From Antedon mediterranea (lineage: Eukaryota; Animalia; Echinodermata), in the NCBI RefSeq assembly GCF_964355755.1, contig NC_092674.1, positions 5,642,001 through 5,706,000 on the forward strand: 64,000 nt of DNA. Direction: 5' to 3'. Made by a program: the position numbers and the translations under genes. The notes under the pieces are model-generated. The model saw nothing but the letters and a program-made list of their open reading frames with translations, did no database searches and had not been told where the DNA came from. Positions 50,781 to 62,570 of the stretch are shown here, piece after piece; within the stretch, counting starts at the first letter, position 1, and the number at the start of each line of letters is the position of its first letter.

Positions 50781-51079
50781 TGGTAATAGTTCATTCTTAT
50801 ATAGCGCTCTACAAGCAAGCTTCTCTAAGCGCTGAACATTATTACCCCAGTCATTTTTGGATCATACACGTATGGAAACATACTCCCATAATGCAGCTAG
50901 TAATCAGCGCAAAGTTGTGTCTTGATCTAACCGGGTACCCATTTATACACCTGGGTGGAGAGAGGCAAACATAAGTAAAGTATCTTTCCCAAGGATACAA
51001 GCAATGCGGCTAGAGTTGGATTCGAACCTCGGTCTCACGATCAGTAGTCCAACGTCCAACACCCTGCGCCACACGCCCT
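50781..51079 (-). mobile_element. Near full-length tRNA-derived SINE (family S1) with L2-type 3' tail
   Basis: Minus strand: agggcgtgTGGCGCAGgg (A box)...GGTTCGAATCC (B box), central block tgcctctctccacccaggtgtataaatgggtacc, tail agcgcttagagaagc...agcgctatataagaa. Confidence 0.85.
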
Positions 51080-51695
51080 TACTAGTAGCAATAAAGTTAT
51101 GTCTTTTCTCCTTCAGTTATATTTATGTATCATGCTTGAAAGTGTGTACAATCATTACCTGCATTGTACAAATAATAACATCTTAAAATAAGAAATAGAA
51201 CCTGGGAAAAAGAAAAAATGAACATCCAAGTTTGAGGAATATTTATTGGTTCCTTTCTGAAAAAATATTTATAATATTCACTTCACATCTTTTGACATTT
51301 ATTTCAACAATAAGTTTCGTCCACACTTAAGGATGAGAACAATTGTGAATGTAATTATCTTCAGTCTAATGTCTTTGGACAACTGTAAAACATCAAGTAT
51401 AAGTGTGTTCTGATATTTATGATGACATCAACACAAATTGTGTAAAGTTGGCAGAAAGGTCATTTGATAAATGTTGAATGTCCATTAGGTAGGCTAGGCC
51501 TTGGATGATGATTAGGATTGGTGATGTAGCTTGAAGGTACAATTTCCTTAAATGGACATTTATTTTCAGCTTGTTAAGACAGTAGTACTTTCCCATTCAT
51601 AAGTTTGTATATTTCTACTGTATGTATGTTCCTAGCTGTAAGGAAACCCCTAACTGCAGCCTTTACCTGGGATCTATATTTAGGGATGGTGAATT

Positions 51696-51783
51696 TAAAG
51701 CTCTGTCTACACTGTCAAACTTTATGTGACAGAAAAATGTGATGTGCCCATATATGGACATGATGATGTCATACCACTAGCAT
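51696..51783 (-). mobile_element. MITE family A, one-ended copy in the opposite orientation
   Basis: taaagctctgtctacactgtcaaactttatgtgacagaaaaatgtgatgtgcccatatatggacatgatgatgtcataccactagcat. Confidence 0.8.
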
Positions 51784-52394
51784 AATATCTGGATTTTGAG
51801 TCGTATGTTTTATGTACAGCTAGTACATATTAAACTATATGTAGAACACATTTTTCTGTGAAAGATTTTTTTATTTGATATTTCATGTTACTATTATTAT
51901 TATAATCTTTTGTTACCTTCTTACTTTAATAGTGTAGTCCCACTCAAAACTGTGAATAGTTTATAAAGCTTTGAGTTGGTCTCACTACCAAAAACAATTT
52001 AACATATAAGCATACAGGTATTCATATTAAGATTATCCAGACAATTAAAAAAAAGACAAATACTCATGTGGATTGAAAACAAAATTAAGTTTCTTAGAAA
52101 TGAAAACATGTGGGATTGTAATGAACTCACTTCACTTCTACTTAAGTATTTTCCCACATATTGGAATTTTATCTTCCATTATAAACTATATAGGAAATAT
52201 TAACTTTAACTGGTTCTTTGAATATTTTATTAATACGTTTATGTCTTCCTTATTTCTCTTGTGTGACACATTGAAATTGCAAGTTTGAAAATATATTTTT
52301 TTTAAATTGCAAAAACAAAATTATAAGACCTGTTTTGTGAGGTCTTCATCATGATTGTTTGGTCAAAGCAAGGATTTTGAACCCAGAGCAAGAC

Positions 52395-52620
52395 TAAGGG
52401 CCTGTTTCTGCTGCATAGAAAATAACCGGTTAAAATCGGTGTGAATAAATTAAAATCAGTGTGAATAAATTAACTCCATTTTCTTGGCAGCAGAAACAGG
52501 ACACATTTGTGGTAACCGGTTAAAAGGCAGCGCAAAATAACCGGTTAAAAACACCAATTTAAATCGGTGTTAGAACGCCGTTTAACCGGTTATCGCTGAG
52601 CAATTCTTAGCTGCAACACG
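52395..52620. mobile_element. MITE-like element with internal inverted repeat and repeated AACCGGTT palindromes (PIF/Harbinger-like end)
   Basis: taa|gggcctgtttctgctgc; cctgtttctgctgc (52401-52414) pairs with gcagcagaaacagg (52487-52500). There is a 20-bp direct repeat and four taaccggtta sites. Related fragments lie near 13296 and 26155. Confidence 0.55.
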
Positions 52621-52754
52621 AAATAACGGTTATTTGATTGACAGTTGTGACCCCGGGTCAGATACCGTCGCATGTTTTCCTCGTGGTTTTGACAGTCGAA
52701 CGAAGAAGTTTAGTATTAGAAATTTAAAATTAAAATAAGTAGTGACTTTTCAGA

Positions 52755-52938
52755 TACAGCCAACTCTCCCAATACTGAACACCTTCCTTCTGACCTAATA
52801 ATATGTGTGGTTTTCCCGGAAAGTCTGGTATTCAGAATGTGTTTTTAATGGTAAATATGAATTTGGTACCTTTATAAAAAACCTGGTTTTGGTAAAGTTT
52901 CCAGGTTTCAGAAATCCAATATTGGGAGACTAGTTGAT
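52755..52938. mobile_element. Degenerate TA-flanked Tc1/pogo-like MITE
   Basis: ta|cagccaactctcccaata at the left end and tattgggagactagttgata at the right end share tctcccaata in inverted orientation. Confidence 0.4.
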
Positions 52939-54344
52939 AAAAACAAATAGATTTATGAGAATTATATGCAACATAAAACATAAAATTTTTATCACTGGTG
53001 AAATTTGTTTTTGTAAATTATTTGAAGATGTTTTGGTTCAGCACCATATTCCAGGTTATGTCTGTATGTCTAATAGCGGTGAGAACCTAAAAAGGAATGC
53101 TTAAAGAGAACAAACAGAAGGAAATCGACCCTACAATAAACATACAACAAAACAAAGTGAAATGATAAAACAAAGAGAATAGTAAAGTACCTAGAGAACA
53201 TAAAGAGATGACTCACAAAATAGATTGATAAAAACTGTTGAGGGAGATCCACAGACTATTAAAGGTACAAACTGATCTTCTAAAGAGTTTGCGACAATTA
53301 CCAGTCCGGGATTAACTGAAAGTAATGATAGAAGGCTTTGTGACAAATGAGATACATGACAAGCTCAAAGGCATCCTAATGATCTTTAATTTAGACACGT
53401 TTTTAGGATCACCTGAAATCTCGCCGGTAATCTTTGCTTTTAATCCCGACTTTTAATTATGTGCGCATTAGTTGCGACCCGTATCTCTTTGTTATGTTGC
53501 TGAAAGTCTCCAACGAGCACATAGAAAAGAAATATGAGACGATGGATGCGTTACATACTCAACATGCGAAACATCTGTGATGCTCAGTGATTTATGACGA
53601 GCGTTGAATTGCAGTTCGGATGCGGTCGTATTTGCCATGCCACTGATTTTATAGAGGTTTTCATTCATGGGAATTTTATATCATGAAAATAATGACCATG
53701 ATAAAAAAGATACAGAGAACCGATATTATTGTGTAATGTTAGCATCAACGACTCACTCTTAAATCCACAAATTTAAGCAAAAATGGTTTCTATAAAATTA
53801 CCAATGGAGATGAGTTGAATGTGTTGTTAATCCACAGAATTTCCTTAAAATATTCTACCTTTCTGATGTTATTGTGTGTTTTATTACCCTTTTGGGGATA
53901 CTTATGAGATGTGAAATTAAATTTGATCAAACTAGATGAGAGTGAGTTTACTTCTAAAGGAATTAATTTAGCAATTATTTTTTGTAGCAAAATATTTTCT
54001 GAAATTTTTGGCTGTTGACAATCTGAAATAAGTTGATTAGGAATGGTTAGACAAGGCATACCGTACTTGTTGTGTAGTAAGTGGTGATAGCTAAGAAGGC
54101 AATTTTTGTAAACTTTGATTAATTCTTATTTAGACTCTTTGCCACAGACTGTCAAAACAAAAATAGTCTCTCTCATTTGTAATAGTTCCAACCAAATCAT
54201 GTATAGGCCTATGTACTACTGCATTAGATTTGTTGCTTTGATATGATGTTAATAATAATAATAATTAAAAGAAAAATAAGATTGATAATTGGCCTATTGT
54301 TAATTCAAATTTCACCTTTAATTTGTGTTATACTGTATACAGAC

Positions 54345-54548
54345 ACCTGGGTTCAATTACCACAATTAATTAAGTAACAACTCGCTGTCTATTCAGGTGG
54401 AAATAGGTACCTGGTTGAGAATACTAGGGACGATAAGGCGACATGAAAAGGAACTGGCCAACCTACCACATAATGCCTGAGTCTTAGTAAAATGAGCTTC
54501 TAACAGCTCATTACCCTATATTTAGAAATGAATTTGGGACTTAACTTT
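54345..54548 (+). mobile_element. tRNA-derived SINE, family S2, 5'-degenerate
   Basis: gggttcaatt (B-box-like)...ggtacctggttgagaatactagggacg...aaaggaactggccaacctaccacataatgcc...tgagcttctaacagctcatt; homologous to 18511-18697. Confidence 0.75.
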
Positions 54549-55157
54549 TATACTGTATACCAGTATCTGGTTGAATTGCTTGAATCATCAATTGAACTTC
54601 AGATGACCACATGATAGAGTTGAAACATTGTAAGTTCCTTCTTTTTGATCATTATTAATTATTTATAACAAATGTAATTAAATTTTCACCAATAAAAATA
54701 AAACATTTATACTGTACTTAGCCTTCTATATTTATTTATTTATTTATTTATTTCTAAATTATTTCTAGGGTTTAGCCATAAATGGCAGCTTTAATTTAAG
54801 GTATAATATGTTCAATTGAATTTTTGCATAATTAATAAGCCTATTTATTAGTAATAGTAAATATTTAATGTGAACTCTTAAATCATAATTAATTTAAACA
54901 GAATTTAAAGTGATGACATTTGAAATATGCCAATCAACATTCACTGCCTGTCATGTGATGAAGGTCGAAATCACTCATCCTTATCAACTTGATGTTGTAT
55001 GTATGTTTTGTATCAGTTCTATGCAGTTGGGTGGCCCTCTAGAATATTATAAAGCTGGGTGGTCCTAATCTTTTGATATCAAAGCCAATAGTAACAAGTT
55101 TTTTTTTGTTTTTAACGTTAATTTATCATTTTTGGTTATAAAGTTAAATAATCACAT

Positions 55158-55184
55158 CATGGAGGAAAAACTAATGCCTCCATG
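55158..55184. mobile_element. 27-bp hairpin insertion with 7-bp TSD (one mismatch)
   Basis: ATCACAT|CATGGAGG aaaaactaatg CCTCCATG|ATTACAT. Confidence 0.6.
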
Positions 55185-57385
55185 ATTACATCATACTCTA
55201 TAGAAATAGGACAAAATAGCTGTGGAAGAAACAATTCTTGGGTAAAAATATTGAACTGGGAATTTACTAAATGAGATCATCAAAGGATATCTTTATACCC
55301 CATGAGATCAACAAAGGAAATCCCCTTCCTGGAAGCTAAAATAACTCTAGACGTTTGGACAGATTTTCAAACTGTAACAAATTAAGCATGATACAGTTTA
55401 GGTTACCACAATTAATTTAATTAGATATTATTGACAGTTTGATTTTTTTAGATTAATAAATAGAATGAGGAGGTTATATAGAGCAAGACTTCAACGAAGG
55501 TTGTAGGTTGGGAATAGGCCTATTTTTTAATCCTTGCAGAAAAGCCCTGATTGTGTATACAAAACTTGTTTTTAGATTTGTAAACAAGAATTTTGCTGTT
55601 ATACCTCTCATCTTGTGACATGATGCTTTCCACTTTTTTCCTGTCATGTCATGTGTTTGTCTGTTATTACATTTCAATTTCCTTTTACTTTATATTCTCG
55701 ATCCATGTAGATTTTGGTCTTTCTATTAGCCATCTTATTTTGCAATAATTCATTCCTCTTCATTATTGATTACTATTGAAAATAATGTAAGAGAAGAACC
55801 TATATTCATTCATCTCGCCATGCTGTTCTACAACATAATCATTTAAAACGAATATGTAAACGCAAATTGTTCTCAGTTAAGGCTTGCAGTTTTTCTTAGT
55901 TTCCATCAGTAACAATAATTTACAAGGTGATTTGAAGGATGAAATTTGAAAATCTCTATTAAATTTTGTGATAAAAATGGAAATATTCTGCATGGTTTCA
56001 ATTAAAGTTAATTAAAATAAATCCTAAGATTATAGAATATGGTATGTGAGATATCCGCAGAGAAGGTCAAGATTTAATGAGGGTTGCAAATCTGCATAAA
56101 ATTTGCATATAAACCTGTTTATTCATATGTTGGTCAGCACATTTTGACATTTTTTTTCCAAAACTATATTTAAATTTGCACCAAAATTTAACCTGATTTT
56201 TAAAATGTGAATATAGTTGATAATATTACATTTACTCAAGGGATATGTTCTACCACATAACAATGTTATAATGTAGAGCTAAGAACTATTTAGGGTACTT
56301 TAAGGAAGATGGGATTAGTGTATAGGAAAGACTGAGAACAAGCCTAGTCAGAATTATGTCTGCTGTTCTAATTGGAGGATAAGTTTAAGATCACATTGGA
56401 ACCTTGGATAATCCACACTTAATCTGTGGATTAAATCTATGCTGTACCCACACTAATACATGTTAAAGTTGATCTAATCCTTGTGGATGTGACCGGTAAT
56501 TTGTTTCTATATGTGTTGAAAAGATATGACTTGCTGAGTTAACTTTATTAGTCTGTACTTAAGATCTAAATATACTGCATTGATTATTTTGTTTTTATTG
56601 AGTAAATCCGAGAAACATTTTATGGTTTTCTTTATTCAAAAAGAAACCCATTGAAATTTATAAAGTACAGTGCTGTTGTACAGCATTAACATTGTTATGA
56701 TATTGTGGTTATCTTTATTTTGTATACAAATCCTGAGACCTCCCAGACTGCCAACACTTGTTTCTGTAACAGCGAACCTGTTATCCAATCAAAATTCCTC
56801 GTTGTTTCACAGTTGGACAATCCTGGCAGCCAGGTACAAGTAGCAACTTTAGAACTTTATGTTAAAGATGTTTTGTTTGCAAGATTTTAGATAAGAGTAA
56901 TTGATCATTATTCTAATTTGGATACTTAGTTTACTTTGGTGATTGGATCAATCTTCTACTACTGTAGGTAATGTTGACGTTTTCCATATTTAGTAGATAT
57001 TTTAAGAGACTGCTAATTTTGTTGTCACATGACCTTTTTGCTATTGGACGTCTTGGACTATTGCATTAATCTGATAATTTCAGTATGTAATAATTTAAGA
57101 AATCTATTTCTGATATTTGAATTTGCCCTCTCAGGAATTTTTCATCAAACTAAGTTTTGATAATAATTAAGCTAGATTAAATTGTCGATGGTCACTTTAA
57201 TTGCTTTTCTGCAATTTTAATGTAGTTATTGCAAGATATTTGAGTATATAGTGTGGAATATGAATGGGAGAATATATTTTTGGAGGAATTAGTCCTAAAA
57301 AATCACAATGCTCAATGTTTGTGGTGAAATATATTGTTTTTTTTAGTGTGAAAAAATGGTTTACATATAGTTTAGTATGTGCAAG

Positions 57386-57412
57386 CATGGAGTAAAAAAT
57401 CTTTACTCCATG
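57386..57412. mobile_element. 27-bp hairpin insertion with perfect 7-bp TSD
   Basis: GTGCAAG|CATGGAGTAAA aaatc TTTACTCCATG|GTGCAAG. Confidence 0.72.
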
Positions 57413-58497
57413 GTGCAAGGTAAGCTAACAGTTCTGATGATCTTACGCTTTTTCTTAAATGTGTATATGCACATCGTTTAGAAACCACACTTGCAGACAA
57501 AGAATATATAAACCTCCTTTGAATATAACTATTCTCCTAAATGATAGTAGGTAGTATAAAGATTTCTTTTTGTATGATACTTTTTCACAGTGTCATGATT
57601 ATTTTCATTATTCTTCTGTATGTACATTACTTTAGCATGAAATTTAAGTACAACTCTAAATGATTCTATTAATGTTTAAGGACAGCTCATTTCTGTTCTC
57701 GAACATCAAGGTCAAAGCCTGCCAAATAAAAATATTTTCTTAAATTATTATTTTTTTTCATCTCAGAAAAGTTTCCAATTAATTCTGCAATCTAAACATT
57801 TTTACAAATGTAAGTTATTAGCGAAAATTCATGAATTTTTTTTAAAACAGTGTCATTTCGTTTCAAAATATTGTATTGATTTTCCTATCGGCAATTTATA
57901 TGAAATGCCATAGTGTCTAAAATATTTATGAATGTACAAAATTTGTTTGTTGCTTTGTTGTAAGCTTTTACATTCTGCTGTAATTGTCTAATTCTGGTTG
58001 CACCGCCTTCTCGTCTATAAGTAAGGGGATTGAAACAGAGAATGCTAATATTGAAATGTATGATTATAAATATTCTTCAAGCCAAACTCCCTGATTAGAC
58101 TACATTAGAATATTTATAATGGCAGGTTCAACATTAAGAGGAACTATATATCAATATATATTCTGGTCCATTAACGAACACCAGCCAAAGTATAGCAAGA
58201 AAAGCTTATACTCTCTGATAATTACTATACCCCTTCCTACCATAACTCTTTCTATTTATCAGCCCAATACCTGTTGTCTCCTTTCATCCACTGATAAAGT
58301 TCCAAAAACAAACTTGGCAAATACCACTTCTCACAGGCCATTCTTGGCTGCTGCACCATCTTTTTCCTTTGAACGCTCTATCTTATGGTATGCGTCATTC
58401 TTCAACGTTGAGACAGTTTAAATTGATTCTCAAACTCACCTTTGATTATTATTAAGTGCTGTGAGACTAGACAACGAGTAAACATTCAGACTATCAT

Positions 58498-58699
58498 TAG
58501 GGAGCTTTCGATGTGCATCGACAGAGGACCGACAACCAACCTACATCTGATCAATTGATGTTTTGTCGGTCAGTCCTAGAAACCACCAAACCTGTATTAA
58601 GGAGAGTAGCAAGGACATGCGCCCCAATATTCCTGCATGCGCACATGAACTAACATGACGTAATTTGGTCATCTGTCGTCGCAAAGCAAAAGCTCCCTA
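58498..58699. mobile_element. ~200-bp MITE with TIR TAGGGAGCTTT
   Basis: tagggagcttt...aaagctcccta are exact inverted ends, extended imperfectly by cgacaga / tctgtcg. Confidence 0.7.
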
Positions 58700-58772
58700 T
58701 TATTAATAGTTCACATTTAGGAAAATGATCATATCAAGTATATATCTTGTACAAATTTTTTTTTATGAAAGA

Positions 58773-58831
58773 AGATCAAACCCGTGACCTCTAGCTTACA
58801 GGGCGAGTAGCGTACCATTAGACCACAACCC
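58773..58831 (-). mobile_element. tRNA-like SINE head fragment
   Basis: The minus strand gggttgTGGTCTAATGGtacgctactcgccctgtaagctagaggtcacgGGTTTGATC has A- and B-box-like motifs but no complete cloverleaf. Confidence 0.55.
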
Positions 58832-59707
58832 ATGATATAGATGTTTGCCATCTTACATACAACACTCTCGCAATCAATGAAATCTGTAGACATAGATTTT
58901 AAAGTAGAAATTTTCTAGTAATAGAACTATGTTTTCTGCTACACATAGATTAAATTGTTAGATATATTTCTAGTAATAAAACATTAACAATCATTGATGG
59001 ATTGCTATCTAATAATGCGGCAATGTGACTCACATAAAAACTTTCTCATGTGTCTATCTATAGGATACATAATAAAGTATTGGCGTCAACGATTATAATA
59101 TCATTGACAAATTTAATTTAATACTATTCATACAAATAGAGAATTTACATCGGATCGTATTAAATCTACGAAGTACTGATCGTCCGCAGCTGTCTCTTCG
59201 TATAAAAGATAGTAAACATAGCGCTTAACTACAAGACATCAAATGCGACATGATGTAAGAAATCCGAAACCGTCATGCAACCGTAATACACTCGGGTACT
59301 GTTATCTGGAATTTCACGATTGGTAATTTCAAAGTTGTGTTTATTGAGCCTGAACGCATGTTAATGCGGAATGACTGTTCTACTACTTTACATGTTTTCG
59401 AAAATCTATTCAACAGAACTTGTTATCATCAATATCATTATACCGCACATGCTAACAGGTAAATTAGAGTTTTTGGTGTTTGTAATGCAATCCAATGCGC
59501 AAACGGTTGATTGAGCTGTCTCTATTCCTATTGACTTTAGCTATTGCGTCAAGATTTGAATATTTCAATAAATTTATTAATTAAAATGCGATGAAGTTAC
59601 AGAGTTGCGACTCGATGATTGAGATGTTGACCTTACTGTCTTCTTGTCATGATAAAAATTGACACAGATTTTCTTTAAGTCAGAAGAAGGAATTTCTGTA
59701 GTTTTGG

Positions 59708-59862
59708 AGCTCTGTCTGCACTATCAAACTTCATGTGACAAAAAAAGTTCCCATATATGGACATGATGATCGTATCACTACCATATTTGGGCATATCACT
59801 GTCCTATTTGGGCACACACATTTTTTTGTCAAACTAGTTTGATAGTGTTAAACAGAGCTTTA
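59708..59862 (-). mobile_element. MITE family A, near full-length copy
   Basis: agctctgtctgcactatcaaact...catatatggacatgatgat..tatcactaccatatttgggcatatcact...agtttgatagtgttaaacagagcttta. Confidence 0.85.
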
Positions 59863-62195
59863 GTGGTTATTTTGATCAAAAAGTCTTTCACTTTTAAAAT
59901 GAACATTCGGAAGAAATTATCTTGTGTTGCAAATAATGTACTGTAGTGTAGACTATTGAATAATAATAACAAGTTAATAGCCTGGATTTTTAAAGAGGGC
60001 TTTTTATCATCCACATGAGCCACTGCTGGTCTGTATTTTGAAAAAGGCATTTCAGAAAAAGGGAGGTTACAAGGCTTGGAGTAGGAACCTAACATTTCCT
60101 GTTATATTTGCAGTCACGAAGGAGTGAAGGCTGTTTGAATGTGCTTTTCATGTTCTATGGATGTGAGGGGTGTATACTGTGTCCTCTATACAAATTACTC
60201 ATGTAGCTGAGTTAATCTTTCCCCCCAATAATTATGTATTGCTTGATATTTATTGATTATATTCATAATAATTTCCTGTATTCTTGGGGCTAAAATGTAG
60301 AATCTTATTTCAGAGAATTGACAAAATGAACAGTTGCACGCTTATAGGCCTACCATAGTCATAAAAATACCAAGTGTGTCAATTTTTGTTAACACATAAC
60401 CATACTTTTATTGCGTTTTATTCATATTGGATTAAATTTGACCGAAATACTCTAATTAATCTATGGTATGATTGACTATGGTTATGTGCAGCTTAATTAA
60501 TTTACCAAATGAAGTAACCCTGCAGACACTGATCCTATTACACCCCCTTTTTGGCTCAGTGGGTTACTCTTATGACAATTTAGCTAAGCTGTTTAATTGA
60601 TTCACAGATAAATATAAGCCAATTGGTAAAATTTGTCAATGAAAGTTTCATTTTAATCATTATCCCACCGTGAGAATAATACAACCTGAAGTTATGAAAA
60701 AAAAAATACATTGATTTAGTTTGCGACAGGACGTAGCAAAAGAAATTAACATTTGAATTTGAACTTTTGAAACAAATGCTGCAATGTTTTAAAGATAATA
60801 CCGTTGTTTGACCTAGGAAATTAATTAATGGAAACAGTAATTAATAAGTACTGTTGTTGTTTATTTCATTACTTTAATTAAAGGAGACATAATGTTTATG
60901 GTTTAAAGGGGGAATACTTCATGGTAGGAAATTCAATGTTGTTGTTTTAATCAAATTTATTTAATCTCGGTTTCAGAGGTAGAGGTAGAACGCTGACTGA
61001 CAACAACTGTTGTTATAATTAGAGAATTTAATTGGGATTGACCACACTGGAAATAAGCATAGACATACATAAAATGTATCCAGAGCCCCAATTTGAAGGT
61101 CCTCATAGACCCTCAGTTTGAACAACTTTGTAATGTAAGAAAAAGACAGGTGTGGCCTACATTATTAATGTTAATATGCCACCATACCCAGGTTCTCTTC
61201 TCTTCTTTTTTATTTTTGGAGGTGATTGTGAGACAAGTTTAACTTCTAATTTTGATTCCTAAAATGGGCTTATATAAATTGTTGATTACTGTTTATTGTT
61301 ATAATATACTGTTTTGTAAATAAAAAAAATGAACATTTTAAAATAAATGTTTATTGAACTTGAACTTCATAGAAAGTAGTTATTCTTTGAATATTGAATA
61401 AATTGAATATTTGCTGACATACATGATCTTTTACGCTTTCACATTGATTAAAGTAAACACAATGACAAAACGGGTACCAATTCCATGTCCTCCTATTTAC
61501 TAATATACTATAAATATAATATAAAAATGTTATTATGAAAGATATTAACTAATTACGTTCACAGCTGTGGATAGTATGTTACGTTTCAGTAGATTATGAT
61601 TTTTGACCTTTAACCTAGTTTTAATATATCGAATTATATGAGCGAACATAGTATATGATTCTAACACAAGGTCATTGGGGTGAGATGTGGATTTTAGTTG
61701 TTGATTTTTACTAATTAATGTGGAATCTGTTGAAAGGCAAATAGTTAGACTACGTCTATTAGGCTGTTCGCCAACTATGCCATTATTAGTTTACTAGCCT
61801 ATCTATACATTAAATGTGCTAAATATAAACCTATGTGGGAAAGGGGTTATTTATTAACTGGTCATAATACATTTGCTAGCCTGTAGCAGTTTTACAGGAT
61901 AGTACACTGGGCTAGTAATAATTTGACCCATGAATGTAGTGTATTTAGTTTATTTTCTGAAATCTGCTAGCTCACTTACTACCCAAAATGTAACAATAGT
62001 TTCGACATTTTCAAAATCAAATAAATTAAACCTAACTACATCTGTTAAGATTCAATCAATACTTATTCCTATCTTACATAGCAACAATATTCCCTCGACT
62101 ATCCTAACATTTCTTGAAGTCATGTGAACGATTGGATTCTCTTCTTTGCTTACTGAGCAAAAGAAGTTCAAGTGGCCGACCAGCATTATTTAAAT

Positions 62196-62265
62196 TGCAT
62201 CCCAAGTGGTCACCCAGCGTTTATCTAGCTTGCATCCCAAGTGGGTCGCCAAGTGTTATCTAACT
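62196..62265. repeat. ~35-bp tandem duplication
   Basis: ttgcatcccaagtgg(g)tc.cc.ag.gtt(t)atcta.ctt occurs twice. Confidence 0.7.
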
Positions 62266-62509
62266 TTGTGAGAAAGGAAGCAATGCATTTGTGATGGATT
62301 AACATATTTTTTTAGTAATATACTGTAAACTGATTTGTATTTCTGGTTTTTTTTTTTCAATGTTTAAAAATATCACTAGGTGACCTTTTTAAGTCATATA
62401 AGTAATAATTTTGTAATCATGGAGATAAAAAATATATGGGTAAATATTGTTCGCTTATTGGGGGTTGGTTGTAGTATTGTATATATTTCTCCTCACTTGT
62501 TTCACAGAG

Positions 62510-62570
62510 TTTTCCCCTTAATAATAGTGTCCTCTGAATAGGTGTGTCCCAACGGGGGTGTTCTACTATA
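62510..62570. mobile_element. Tc1/pogo-type MITE end, same family as 49080-49223
   Basis: ccccttaataatagtgtcctctgaataggtgtgtcccaacgggggtgttctactata aligns with 49160-49223. Confidence 0.5.

Noticed and set aside
51005-51079. tRNA gene
   Set aside because: A and B boxes are present, but they run into a SINE body and L2-type tail, and there is no proper acceptor stem.
61030-61368. Possible LINE 3' UTR remnants (ggaaataag; aataaa...ttgaacttgaactt tail)
   Set aside because: Only tail-like words are present; boundaries and family could not be supported.
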